Below are positions 1-13,399 of a stretch of 64,000 bases of DNA, in pieces (the first letter of the stretch is position 1; each line of letters begins with the position of its first letter). Under the pieces are notes generated by a model that ran no database searches, was not told the DNA's origin, and worked only from the letters and a program-made list of their open reading frames with translations. The position numbers and the translations under genes were made by a program. The stretch is from Octopus sinensis (Eukaryota), in the NCBI RefSeq assembly GCF_006345805.1, contig NC_043005.1, positions 61,752,001-61,816,000 of the forward strand, read 5' to 3'.

Positions 1-77
1 TGTATGTATATATGTGTATGTGTGTGGATATATTTAGTTATCTATGTGTATATCTATCTACATATATATATATATAA

Positions 78-387
78 TCATCATCATCATCAACATCATC
101 ATCATTTAGTATCCACTTTCAAAGCTGGCATGGGTTAGATGGTTTGACTGGAATTGGTAGGCAGGAGAGCTATCCACCTGACTGGCCCCCATGCTGGTGG
201 CACGTAAAAAGCACCCACTACACTCTTGGAGGGGTTGGCGTTAGGAAGAACATCCAGCTGTAGAAACTTTGCCAGATCAGAGTGGAGCCTGGTGCAGCTT
301 CCTGGTTTACCAGTCCTCAGTCAAACCATCCAACCCATGCCAGCATGGAAAGCAGACGTTAAACAATGATGATGATGATGATGATGA
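78..387. mobile_element. Two RTE-type LINE 3' tails in inverted arrangement, (CAT)n...(GAT)n
   Basis: Each half carries the recurrent tail 'aacccatgccagcatggaaa..gttaaacgatgatgat', one per strand. Confidence 0.7.
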
Positions 388-3300
388 TATATCATTATGT
401 CTAAGTATGTGTACATGTGCAACTAGATCTACAAACAGAAGCTCAGAAACAGGCAGTGAAATACACAGATGTACATACAGATACAAAGATGGTGAAGTGA
501 TGTGGATTCAATAACCTGTTTGAAAATGTATCATTTGTAGCTGACCACAGCAATAAACTAGAGTTAAGGTCACGGTTTAGGAGAAAGAAAGACACATAAT
601 AAAAAAGACTAAAACCAACATATTTTTACCCACTTTACAATGTGGAATGAATAGGAAAATGTGTAGCTACCATGTAAATTTATTGCGACTTTATGCAGTG
701 AAGCTCAGCACCAAGCTACACATTTGATATATTTCTGCAAAGAGAAGTAGAGTTACATAAAGCCGACTTGCAGGTTAATCCACCTGGAATAATGTTAAAA
801 TTTCAAATTGACTGTTCAGTTGTAATGTTTTATTGCTGTATTGTTTCCATGTAAAGTTTTGTGAACATTTGTGTACCCAATGCTAACTTAGGTATATGTT
901 TGTAAAATGCATTTGTATGTACATGTGGTTAAGTATGAGACTATATGTGGTGTGACTGTATGTGTACATATACATGTGTGTAAACATGCATGTGAATATA
1001 TATATATATATGTGTGTGTATGTATGTATATATATATATATATGTATGTGCATGTATGTATATATATATGTACACATACACACACATTGTCCTTTTAATG
1101 TCTCTACTTTTCCATGGTTTCATGGGCCAGGTGAGAACTTTGTTGAAGCAAAGCAAAATTTTCTACCTGCTGTCAACCCCTACCTGTTTCCAAGGAAGTT
1201 AATAATTCCCCCCCTGTCTATCAAGCAATGAAAAGCCTGGACATGCTTTCATAAAGGACTGCAAACAAACAACATTGTCTGTATGAATGGTGATGCTTTT
1301 GATAACAGTCAGCACACACATACATGTATATATATGTATATGTAAATATATGTATATGGTTGTGTGTATGTATATATATATATAAGGTGTGTTATTATGA
1401 GCATTTATAGGACACATATCCTATATAAACTCAACACACAAAGATGGAGAAGAGATGTTAAAGGATGAAATTGAACTCTGCCTTATATATATATATATAT
1501 ACACTATAGGCTTCTAGTTCCTAATAAATTTCCCTCATAAGGTATTGGTCAGGTATAGTAGAAAACACAAGCCAACAGCAGCCATCTATCGAAAGTGAAC
1601 CCAAATTGTGGTTTTGAAGCAATTTCTTAATCATACAAGTATGCATGTTCAATAATATATAGACACAAGCATATTTAGGTCTATACATACCTTTTCCCTT
1701 TTTTTGACAAATAAATACACGCACTATATATTCATTCTTCACTCGTTTAATTACTGTTCTTATTTTAACTCATATCCATTGTCCAGAAATCGTTCATCAC
1801 ACATTTGTGACCTCTTCAGTGACACTTTCCATCCTCATGTCTGCTCCAGCTCTGCTTAGTCCATTCTGTTCTTCTATGACATCATAGAAGAAAGTGTTGC
1901 TGAAGAGATCACAGATGGGTGACAAAAAATTTCCGGACAATGGACATGAGTTAAAATAAGAACAGTAATAAATGAGTGAAGAACAAATATATAGTGCGTG
2001 TGTTTATTCAATCTTGAAATAAGGTAATATTTGAGAGAAAAATTTATTTTAACAAATTTTTTCTACTTTTCATTGCTCTTGTAAGTTTCAAGTCATTCAT
2101 CCTTCAGTATTTGAACTGGCCATATCCAGTCAGAATATTCTTCCTGTTTCACATTCAAACTGGCCAACTCCAGCCTCTCACACCTACCTTAAAACGTGAG
2201 TCTAAAAAATATACAATCACATCATCAAAACTTAATGCTAAAGAGTTAATGCTCATAATATAAAAACCTTTTTTTCTGTTTTTTAAAAAAATTTTGATAA
2301 ATAAGTCCGAAGGTGATGGAAAAACAATTCCATGTTAAAACTAAAAAAGTCTCAGGTATTAATAATCGATTTTGTACAGGATCATATCCTATATATGCTT
2401 CATATTACCTGCCTTTCATACAGACAGCAAAAACTTTTGCTGTCAGCTACAAGATTACAAAACTACTCATTGCTTATTTATTTATTCATTAATTTATTTG
2501 TAATGGCTTAATCAGGACAGAAAGAGCCGTGTCTATGACCTTTAGAGCAGTCATGGGCAAACTACAACCTTTAGGACTTTCTGAATGGCACACCAATGAA
2601 AAATTACCTTGTTTCAGTAGTGCAGGCTGACTGATAATGGAGAGGTACATGGTTTAGTTTATAAATGATTGGGATGCTTGGAGAGTGTTTGTGGATGGAT
2701 GAGTGAATTTGATGTTGCTCAAATGGGTACGGAACCAGCATGATGTGACAGGGGTAAACCAACATATGCTGTAAGGCCCCGCTGATGATATTGGGAGTTG
2801 TGTTCTATGCATTGATCCAAGCATAGGATGGGGCTCGCCTCTCTGAGCTGGGAAATGAATGAAATGTCTGGTGTGTGTCTTATTGTGGCTACCACCTCCT
2901 AAAAAAATTGGGGAATAGGCATGAGTATATGTATGTATGTATGTTTACCTGCCTGATAATGAGCCATGTCTTATGCAGCCCACCTCTCAAAAAAGTGATT
3001 TACAATGCCTGCTTTAGAGGGTCACTAAGATTGATAATAAAATGTTATCCTCAGACTGGAGACCCCATCTGCCACAAAGAGGACTCTGTTAAAGGCACCA
3101 ATGGTAGTTTTAAACCAGGCAACAAAATAAGTTTAATATCCAAGAATAGGTGTGTTTCATCTAAGAGGTTTCAACATAGTTTCAATCTACAAATTTGAAA
3201 TGCAAGGAATTATTCTACCCAAGGCTTTCATAAAAGACATATACCCAAAGTGATATGCAGTGGAATCAAATGTAAAAACCACAGACCTGTAACATGCAGA

Positions 3301-4228
3301 AAATGAAACTGAACCAGGAACTGTGTTGCCATAAGTCAGACTTCTTAATGACACAACCATGCCAGAATCTGTGTTTTAACAATCTAGCCATACCTGCATC
3401 CATCTTATCAATTCTCTTCCAGAATTCACATAATATCTATATAACCACATTTACATGCCATGTACATAACTACATCTAAATGATATCTATGTATTGATAT
3501 CTACATAACCAGATCAATATCACCCTTTCTCCATACATACCTCAGGACCAAAATGTGAAATGTGTTCATTATTATTTATGAGAAAAAAGCTTAAAATTAT
3601 TATAAAATACAACAAAATATTTTTATGGCTCCATTTTATTAACAAATCATTTATTACTCTATACTTGAAGAATATAAAATTTACTTAAGTTTACATAAAG
3701 TTTTGTTTTTGTAATACTTTTATATTTAATTTTTATCTTGTCAACACATCTCTTTAATTCTTACAGATTTTTTTTTCTTTTCATCATAAAACACAATATC
3801 AGGTTTTTATATCAAACCATCAAACAATATTATTGATGTAGCAAGGAAACAAGCATCATAAAAACAAAAAGGACATAAAAATTTTAAATATAAAATTCAT
3901 TGCAAAATAAATTTAGTGTCGATATAAAACCATTTTAGCCTTTTTGATACATACACAAGGGGAGTATCTTAAACACATCTACAAATACAAGCCAGTATGT
4001 TTGTGTGTATTTGAGGAGCTGTTGCTAATGTAATAGCATAATCTTATCATCGGTTATTTTTAGAAAGTTGCTCATATGCATTCTGCATCTACAAAAGTAA
4101 TGCACTACCCGTTCATAGGAACAAATGCAGTGGTCACTAGCTGAAGACCACAAGGTGGTAAATATGTGCAATGGATACAACAGATGGTTAATATACTATA
4201 GATACTGAAGACTAGTTGAGTCAATATA

Positions 4229-5252
4229 TTGGGTCATCCCATAAATAATGCAGTTTTTTTTATACTTCTTTTATTTTTCAAAATTAAGATATGTTCTCTG
4301 AATGGACATACAAATGAACACCTCAAAAATTTGAAACTTTAATATCTTCAATTTTGTGTGAACATTTTGTCTTCCATTCTACCCTGACTAACAGAATATG
4401 TAAACATGCCTTTTAATCTAAAATATACTCTCCTTCATTTCCTACAATGTTCTTCCATCTATCTGATAGACTTGCAGGGCCCCTCTTCCAAAATTCACTT
4501 GTCCATGATGAGAAATTTTTCACCAATACTGTTCTGACCTCATCTACAGAATTCATATTTTTTCAGTCCAAATGATTTTGAAGACTGCAGAATAAATGAT
4601 AATCAGATGGAGCAATGTCCAGAAAACATGGTGGGTGGGGCATTGTTTCCCATTCAAACTGCTCCAGCCTTTGGAATGTCATCCTCACTGTATGTGGCCA
4701 AGCATTATCCTGATGGAAGAAATACTTTTCATCTTGAAACCCATTTGCTGACTTTTCCAATGGCACACAGGTGTCGATGAATAGTTGAATGACCAAATCC
4801 AAGCTGTTATGCTAGTTCCTCAACAGTTATGATTGGTATTTGTTCCACCAGGGTTTGCAGGATGTCCTCTACAGATCTTCCTGGACAAGGATCGTCTTGT
4901 AAGCTGTAGTTTCCAACTAAGAATTTCTGGAACCACTATTGGCACTGGATTATGCTTATTGTCTGATCTCCATATACTGCATTAATATTCCTCACACTTT
5001 CCATTTTGTTGTTGCCTTTATTGAACTCATAAATAAAAATATGCCAAATATGCTCCTTTGTCTCTTCCATTATTGCTTTGAAAAATTAACTGTTAAAATC
5101 AAACTGCATTCTTCAAAACTTGCACTAAGAATAAAGCCAAGGTAAAATTACTACCTCTTTTATAGCAAGTTGATGCAGGTAGTTTATCCTGTCACCCTCT
5201 GACTTTTAGTTCAGGCAATTGAAAAAACCGCATTATTTATGGGATGACCCAA
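4229..5252 (-). mobile_element. Internally deleted mariner with TIRs and TA target duplication
   Basis: TIR TTGGGTCATCCCATAAATAATGC at both ends, flanked by TA. Remnant ORF FHQDNAWPH...HPPCFLDIAPSDYHLF. Confidence 0.9.
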
Positions 5253-5400
5253 TACAAATAAACTAATGTATCAGAGAACACCACAGTTCTTATTCTGCTC
5301 CAACCAATATTTTGCATTTGTGACTAAGACATATAAGCCTCAAGAATTCTGCCAATTTACTTATATAAAACACCAATTATCATGACAGAGATATCACACT

Positions 5401-5439
<39 letters not shown>

Positions 5440-5457
<18 letters not shown>

Positions 5458-5745
5458 TAAGGGTAATGACCCCCTTCGGCCAAGTCCAGGCAAGGTTGTT
5501 TATAGAAGACCAGCAGTTTCCTATGCATACCAGCCTCCTCTCTCCACACCATCAATGTTATCCAAGGTAAAGGTGAAGGCCAACACAGCTTGGCACCAGT
5601 GACATCACAACTCATTTCTACAGCTGAGTGACCTGGAGCAACATGAAATAATGTGTCTTACTCGATAACATAACATACAGCCCAGTCTGGAAATCGAACT
5701 CACTACCTCATGACTGTGAGTTTGATGCGCTAACCATTGTTCTAT
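5440..5745 (-). mobile_element. tRNA-derived SINE
   Basis: Degenerate A/B-box tRNA head at the right end (reverse strand), followed by a CORE-like domain shared with other SINEs here. Confidence 0.6.
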
Positions 5746-5891
5746 GTGCCTTCAATATATATATGTAGATTAAAACCAAGTACATTTAACCCAATTTATA
5801 TCATAGATCTGACTCAGGGGTGGGTTGCTGGAATGGCGTAGGTATAAAAAGTAAACGCAAACGGCATTTAAAATTTACAATAGCTGTTTTA

Positions 5892-6129
5892 GTAGAATTT
5901 TATTTATTTAATGCAATCATAAAAATTACATCATTGTATACAATCCACCATCATGAAGTCAAATTTAAACAGATAAGACTTTAAACATCAACTAAGACAT
6001 AGGCAACATTAGCTGGACAAGTTCAGCTATTGTGTAAAAGTTTACCTGTTTAAAATTTTACCTGATGATGGTGGATTGTAATAGAATAATATAATCTTTT
6101 GTGACTGCATTAAATAAATAAAATTCTAC
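5892..6129. repeat. Inverted-repeat element with arms of about 90 bp and a hammerhead-like CTGATGA remnant
   Basis: tagaattttatttatttaatgca...caatccaccatcat is mirrored by ctgatgatggtggattg...tgcattaaataaataaaattcta. Confidence 0.7.
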
Positions 6130-6459
6130 CAATTCTGTTGTAAATTTTAATCACCATTTGTGTTTATTTTTATACCTATGCTTGTCAGATCTGTGGTTTA
6201 AAGTGGATTTGGTACTTTCATACCTATGGTATCCTGCTAACAGTTGATGTCTTCAATGTTGTTTATTTCACTGAGCTCTATGTTATCGTACCTAGCCATT
6301 TCTGGCATCCTACAGTAAATATGCCTTGATTCTTATAAATTTTCATAACAAAATTATATACATATATAGTTGTGTCTGCATGTGTGTGTGTACCACTTAA
6401 AATTGCAGGTCTTGCATCAACACTCAAAACAATTTGAGTGTGCATATATTGGTTTCACA

Positions 6460-6650
6460 TTTTGGCCACAAGGCCAGCAATTTCAGAGGTGGTGGAATAA
6501 GTCAATTACATTGACCCTAGTGTTCAGCTGGTACTTATTTTAGTGACCTCAGAAGGATGAAAGCCAAACTCGACTTTGAACTCAGAATGTAAAGACAGAC
6601 AAAATGCTTAGTGGTATTTTGTCTAGCTGCTAAAAATTCTGCTGGACGTG
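6460..6650 (-). mobile_element. tRNA-derived SINE with conserved central domain. Other copies near 28880-29075, 29730-29950, 30040-30240, 31000-31350, 45370-45530, 55255-55670, 60560-60780, 61975-62090
   Basis: Shared core 'gtcgactttgcctttcatcctttcggggtcgataaaataagtaccag' (sense) plus a tRNA head with gagttcaaattcc B-box. Confidence 0.8.
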
Positions 6651-6759
6651 ACAGCGGCTGGACATGTTCTTTGCTGCTCTGACCTGTCAGCAGCTGAAGA
6701 CACAGAAACACTAATACAACCCAGCAGGACAACTGAAAAAAATTACTCTGAAAGACTGG

Positions 6760-7900
6760 GATATCTACAGTTTTCTGTGAGTATTTTGAATTTCCCTCAA
6801 AATAAGTGGAGGAACTTACATATCTACAGCTTTTGAACACATAAACAATCAGTTTTAAAACCTTTAATATCTACACCTTCTGTGAATACCTATTATTTTT
6901 CCCCCCAGTGAATATTCGAAAATGTAAACATCCTCTTTATTTCAAGAATACCAGTTTTTTCTGTTCCAACAGGCAAAAGATCATCTCCAGTATATTTTAA
7001 AAACTTCATATTTACAATTTTCTGTGAAAAAATTTTAACTTCCTTTTCTTTCCGTTCCTGTTTCCCTGAATATTCAAAAATGTAAACATCCTTTTTATTG
7101 TAGAAAAAAAAACACCACAGTTTTCCCTGAATGGACATACAAATGAACACCTCAAAAAATTTAGAAACTTTAATATCTCCAATTTTGTGTGTACATTTTG
7201 TCTTCCGTTCTTCCCTGACTAACAGAATATGTAAATATGCCTTTTATTGTAACAACACAATGAAATGCATGATAAAAAAATTAAGGAAGTAAGCACCTGC
7301 TAATATATACATACTGCACAACTACAAAAACTGTAAACCACAGCAAAACTTTTAAAAAGAAAAGAAAAATTCCAAAAGAAAAAGAAATTAAAAATTCCAA
7401 CAAGGTGAACATCTCTTCCTCCTACTATCCCCAGAGATTGGAATATCTACAATTTCCTGTGAATATTTTAAAGTTCCTTCAAAATAAAATAAGTTAGGAA
7501 ACTTACACACCTACAGCTTTCGAATACAGAAACAATCAGTTTTTTAAAAAAAATTTAACTTTAATATCTACAACTACTGTGTGAATACTTATCCTTCCCT
7601 CCCTTCCTGACTCTTCGAAAATGTAAACATCATCCTTCTTTTTATTCTAAGAACACGACCATTTCTCTGTGCGGTCATACAAAAGACCATATTTAGTAAA
7701 TCTTAAAACTTTACAATCTACAACTTGTTTTCTTTTCTTTTTTACTATCTCTGAGTATTCAAAAATGTAAACATCCTTTTCATTGCAAAAGTCCTACTGT
7801 ATTCTCCAAGTGGTCAGAAAAACGAACATCTCAAGAAAACTTAAAAACTTCAATATATTACCTAAATACGTAAACACACCTTTTATTGCAACAACACAAC
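6760..7900. repeat. Degenerate tandem duplication or satellite (about 680 bp period, about 150 bp subunit)
   Basis: 6760-6890 recurs at 7440-7590. The motif gaatattc.aaaatgtaaacatcc recurs several times. 7125-7250 also occurs inside the mariner at 4290-4420. Confidence 0.7.
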
Positions 7901-7957
7901 TGAATTCAGAAATTCAAAAATTCAACAAAATGAATATAAGTATACATGTGTGTGTGT

Positions 7958-8003
<46 letters not shown>

Positions 8004-8649
8004 TATTGTTCTTTTCTACCAGTAATTACAAATAGAACAGGTTGAATTGCTTCTTTTCAAAACAGCACTCTCAGTAGCCACTGGTAAAATAGTAAACACA
8101 TTTGACCTCTGCTGACCCAAAGAGTGCAAGATTCTTTTGTATGACTGACCTTGCCAGCATCTGCCGAATCTATCTATAGACCTGTAGAATATGATCTATT
8201 CACCAACCTACTAACTATTTCCTCCAACAACCACATATGTATGATCTCAAGTACAAGACAAAAGTTGGAAATAAAGAACATATAGTAAAATCTTTTAATA
8301 ATAAATGGAATTAGTAATAATGTTAATAACAATGGTAGTGGTTATGATGGTGGTAATGATAAAAATAAAAATAATAATAATATGCAGCAGCTCCTAATAC
8401 TAAATACTACTAATACTACAATAATACTACAACTACTACTATTATGATAGCACAGGACCCTGAGGCCCAACTACCACCCTTACCACTAACCTACCCTGCT
8501 ACTGCTGCTGTTGCTGCAACCACTACAGCTAATACACATAAAAACAATAATATCAGCGATATCAGTGATGATGATGATGATAATAATAATAATAATAATA
8601 ATAACAATAATAACAACAACAACAACAATAATAATAATAGTAATAAATA

Positions 8650-9030
8650 ATGCTAATAGAAATTGAAAAAATGTGGCATCTCAATGCGACTACAGTACCA
8701 GTGATTGTAGGATCTCTAGGAATGATAAAAAGAGGTACTGAAACCTATTTGAAAATGATTCCAGGCTTACCATCCCTACAGAAAGTGCAAAAAATCGTAT
8801 TAACTGGAACGGCTCATGTACTGAGAAGAGCATTATCGCTGTGAAAACAACATCCATCCATGAATTTATTTATTTATTACTTTTTAAATACATATTTTAT
8901 CTGTGAATTTGAGTGTGTAATCTGGGAATGCATACAATGAGCTTCTCTGCCCTAGGTGTATGGAAAACACTCGGCGAGAAACGGAAGAAAATTTGAAGAA
9001 AGAAGGAAAAAACATAATAGTAATAATAAT
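8650..9030 (+). mobile_element. 5'-truncated R4/Dong-like non-LTR retrotransposon, C-terminus plus 3' UTR
   Basis: IEIEKMWHLNATTVPVIVGSLGMIKRG...VQKIVLTGTAHVLRRALS* is typical of REL-endonuclease clade C-termini. It begins directly after an (AAT/AAC)n tract. Confidence 0.8.
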
Positions 9031-9054
9031 AATAAAATAATAATGAAAGGAAAT

Positions 9055-9773
9055 GGGTGGGGCTTCTTTATGGGCAGATTAATGATACATCTAGTGATGG
9101 TGTCACAATAAAAACACTCGTAACTGCGCAACCTGATAATCACTACCTCATATGGGTAGTTGTTGTGAAGAAAAAGGAACATAATGGAAGTGACAAATGA
9201 AGAGATCCTTTTTGGAAAAGAAGAATCCAAGCAGGTTAGACATGCTCCCAAAGGAAATCTGTTTTAGACCAAAAAGAGAAAGGGGAGCTTAAAAGTGAAC
9301 AAAAATACAGGGCGCTGAAAAAGAAGTATAATATTGAAAGAAAGGGCCAGAAAATAGTAACGGAGGAACTGAAACAGCATTTCATTGCAAAGAAAGCAAA
9401 GATGGTACGGTACAACCAAAGAATGAAGGTTACCAACAGAATAGGTTATTCAGAATAGATTGGAAGAGATTCTATAAAGAAATAAATGGAGAGTGTACAG
9501 ATGAAAAGTTGATACCAGATAACATTGAAAGTCAAAGGTTTTGGTGTGACCAATAATTGTCAGAGCCCTGGAAACAGTGAGCAAAAATCTCAAGAAGCAC
9601 ATGGAACAAATAGGGGCTGCAATAAGGGCGAAGCAGTTGCAGAAAAAAGCAGTGCTTGGAACTGCTCGAATACTCTGGAAGGAGCTCAATAAATAAGTGG
9701 TGTTACTTTAGTTCACTGGTAGTGAACAGCTGACACTGTAGTATATCTCCAGCGTTAGAAGCTGTACAAAGGC

Positions 9774-9808
<35 letters not shown>
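9055..9808 (+). mobile_element. Second, internally deleted R4/Dong-like element ending in (TAA)n
   Basis: Pre-RT region KYRALKKKYNIERKGQKIVTEELKQHFIAKKAKMVRYN is fused to C-terminal IIVRALETVSKNLKKHMEQIG...LQKKAVLGTARIL, then 3' UTR and (AAT)n. Confidence 0.8.
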
Positions 9809-9809
<1 letters not shown>

Positions 9810-9810
<1 letters not shown>

Positions 9811-10302
9811 TCCCTGATACAATACAAAGCACTGGATCTTATGGCTTCAGATCTTAACTGATTGGAACACTGAACACCACAGATTTGCTTGTCAGTTGTT
9901 TGATCTTAACCAGTTGAGCATGTCTCTTAATAGCTGACAATATGTACGTCTCTAATCACAAGCAGTAGTGGAGGAGCATGATAGCCATGTTTGGGGTTTG
10001 AATAATTCACCTCTGTAAATATGAGTGTTTCATTCAACATCCTTAAACAACCCTTGTTCTGGGACCTTTTGAGCAGGATGTGCTATTCGATCTGAAGAAA
10101 GTTCTAACTGGAACCCACCTGCAAGGTTATGCACCGTTTATCTTGATTTGAAATCACCATGCTGCACACATATGGTTGTGAGAGATATGCCTGGTGTATC
10201 CTTATAAGACGAATAGTCATGATGTGCATATTGAACTTCATATATTTGTATCTTAGTGTCATTTTGATGGCATGCACTGCTCTCTCACTCAATAATAATA
10301 AT
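9810..10302 (+). mobile_element. Non-coding element flanked by (AAT)n, probably a non-autonomous TAA-targeting retroposon
   Basis: Ends 'gatggcatgcactgctctctcactcaataataataat'. A related 3' end occurs near 54565-54600. Confidence 0.55.
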
Positions 10303-10774
10303 GTAAGCCCCTTCTGTACTAGACTAGATGCAGTGTAAGTGGAGAGAGATTAAAATTTAAAATATTAAATTAAAATTCTTAGCTAACTTGGGAAAATTGA
10401 ACTCCCGTAATTATAATTCAGAGTTTGCCAATCAAATATATACATGGTGAAGTCGTGCAAATTTAACTCAGAGAATTTTACCAATCAAATTTAGAGACAC
10501 ACAGACAAAAATGAGGTATGTATGTGGAGGTGAGGGTAGGGATGAATATAAGTAATGAGGACATTTTAAGTCATGTTTTTGAATGTATAAGATACTTAGA
10601 GTTTAAATCTATGCACAATGTTTAACTCTTACAAACTGCCATCATCATATGGTTTCAGATTAAAGATTAGTGTTTATCAAATGCAACAAGACGTATATTA
10701 TATATATATATGTATGTGAATATATATATATATATGTATGTATGTGTATATATATATATATATATATGTATGTG

Positions 10775-10807
<33 letters not shown>

Positions 10808-10971
10808 ATATATATACACACACATATGTAGTGTGTGTACATGTATATAGAATTCAAATTATATGCTTACATATATATAAATGTATATACATATATACAC
10901 ACACACACGTAAATATATGAAAGAGAGGGGTAAATTTATGTGTATATATGTATATAGAATTCACATCATAT

Positions 10972-11010
<39 letters not shown>

Positions 11011-11563
11011 GCCTCCTGATGTTATTCAAATGAATATTACTACTACAAAGTTCTTTGCACATTATATATGTGTGTGTGTATATTACATGTTATTCACATA
11101 AGTATTATCATCATCACCATTATGTCTTCACTTTATGTCTACATTTCATACTGGCATGGGTTGGACAGGTCACCACAGTCAAAATCGGATGGGCTTTGAG
11201 CCTCATCTCACTCGCATTTCACTTTTGGCTTGGCTCCTATGGCTGGTTGCTCTTCCTAACACCAACAACTTACCTCCCTTACATGTAATCTTTGTACTCA
11301 ACGACTAGTAGACCTGACACCGTTCAGTAATCAGTGTGCATTCAAAGCAATGATTAGTAATTTTATGAAACTGGTATGCTTTTGAATCTCTTTAACATTT
11401 CACAATAATGACTTTTATTACTTTTATTACTACCTCAGTTCATCTAATTGTATATATCTATCGTTACTTTTCATAAAAAGCCTTTATTTTTTTTGATTTC
11501 CAATGTGCATTTTCGCTTATTTTTCTTCTTACTTTCCCCTTATATATATATACATATATATAC

Positions 11564-11624
<61 letters not shown>

Positions 11625-11629
11625 TATAA

Positions 11630-11850
11630 GTGCAGGAGCAACTGTGTGGTAAGTAGCTTGTTTACCAGCCACATGGTTCCGGGTTAAGTCCCATTGTGTG
11701 GCACCCTGGGCAAGTGACTTCTACTGTAGCCTCGGGCTGACCAAAGCCTTGTGAGTGGATTTGGTTGACGGAAACTGAAAGAAGCCCGTCGTATATGTGT
11801 GTGCGTGTGTGCATGGCCACAGTCAAAATTACTGAAACAAGTAAAAGAAT
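11630..11850 (+). mobile_element. Major tRNA-SINE family with internal microsatellite. Other copies 16340-16670, 16693-17060, 33020-33420(-), 38290-38700, 50580-50960(-), 58400-58580
   Basis: Head 'gtggctgtgtggtaag...ggttccgggttcagtccc', CORE-like 'gcaccttgggcaagtgtcttc', and tail ending 'gactgaaacaagtaaaagag'. Confidence 0.85.
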
Positions 11851-13039
11851 AAAAAATCTCCCTCTCTCTTTCTGTATATATATATATATATATATATATG
11901 AAATGTATCTGTGTATATATATGTGTGTGTATATATATACAGAGAAATAGATAAAGACACTGAGAGATATATACACGTAAAATACTATACAGCTGTTTAA
12001 AAGCTATTTCAATATGTCTGGTTAACTGTTTCCATAATGAATTGTAAAGATTCTTTTTATTGACATGTTGCAATCTGTTTTCAGTGTCAGGATTAAACAT
12101 CTATCAGTTGTCAACTTCTTTTGCAAACATTCCTCTAAATCCAAAAACACACAGCTTAGAGTTATATATAAATTAATCAAACAACATAAACGAAATATAT
12201 AAACAAGAAGCTAGATTGAAATTTTTATATAAAAATAAGTGTTTGCACACACACACACACACACACGCATGAATAATATATCTGGATATTCTAATTTTGG
12301 AGATAGGAAGGCAGAAATGGTGGTTATTGAAACAGCCTTGAATTTTCCTCATTGTGCTTCTTAAGATAACAATTATTGATGCTTAGCTTTTTTTTCTAAA
12401 TATGATATAATATGCTGTTGTTTCTTTGATTAACCAGATAATACAGTGTCTATTTGTATTTTTTTCCTAAATATTGTAAAAACATATAGCTAGCTAAGGA
12501 AACATGTTATCAACGAAGCTGCACCATCAAATGAAAGGCCAAGTCAACTATTGTGGTGTATCAGCATAGAATATAAAAGAAATACAGTTACATGCTATAG
12601 GGTATCAACAACAATGACAATAACTGATAATTAATAATATTGACAATTTGTTTTTCTATTGCCTAAGACTTCTCCAGAGATAATGTGTTTCTTAATTGTT
12701 TGTGTGTGAATATTTTTATTTGAAAATTTTCTCCATTAAATTATAATTATTATGTTAGGTAAGTAGATATTGTCATACAGAAAGATGCCTAAGGAAATCT
12801 CTTGAGATTGATTCTAATACTGTAAAGTAGGAAATTGTATAACCAATGCATTTTAGAAAGAACCAACATACTGGATAAACACAAATGTTTCAACAAAAAC
12901 AAAAATAGATTGCAGTTTCCATTGGAACATTAAATAGACACTTAGAAATAAGGCAGGAGAGAGATAGGGTAGGTAGGAAAGTAAGTGTGATTGTATATCT
13001 ATCTATATTAAACTAAAACTCAAAGTTTGTTTTCCTGCT

Positions 13040-13335
13040 ATTTGATTAAGATGATAAAGATTACAAATAGAATAGTTGTTTACCCCTTTAAGAAATAAAA
13101 AATCAAGTTAAAAACGAACACTTCAAAGAGTTGTCATCCATCCTTTCCTTTTTTTTTTTTGTACCTTCTTTTTTCTTCCCTTAATCATTTACACAACTTT
13201 TGTGTACCATGGACTGAAGGAGAAATTCTCCCTATATTTTTGAGATATATTTTGAATCACAGGTACTTGATTTTTTTTTTCTTAAAGGGGAAAATTACTA
13301 TTCTATTTAAAATAAAATATTAATCTTTATCATCA
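13040..13335. repeat. AT-rich MITE-like inverted repeat with arms of about 70 bp
   Basis: tttgattaagatgataaagatt...aaatcaagt is mirrored by acttgattt...aatctttatcatcataatcaaa. Confidence 0.6.
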
Positions 13336-13399
13336 TAATCAAAAGGGAAAAAAACAGAGAGACTATCTCTTTATAGACAAAGATCAGTTGCAATGGAAA

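Noticed and set aside
11965-12145. Minus-strand open frame PDTENRLQHVNKKNLYNSLWKQL with a possible acceptor
   Set aside because: No recognisable homology, weak splice signals, and the frame runs into a microsatellite and SINE.
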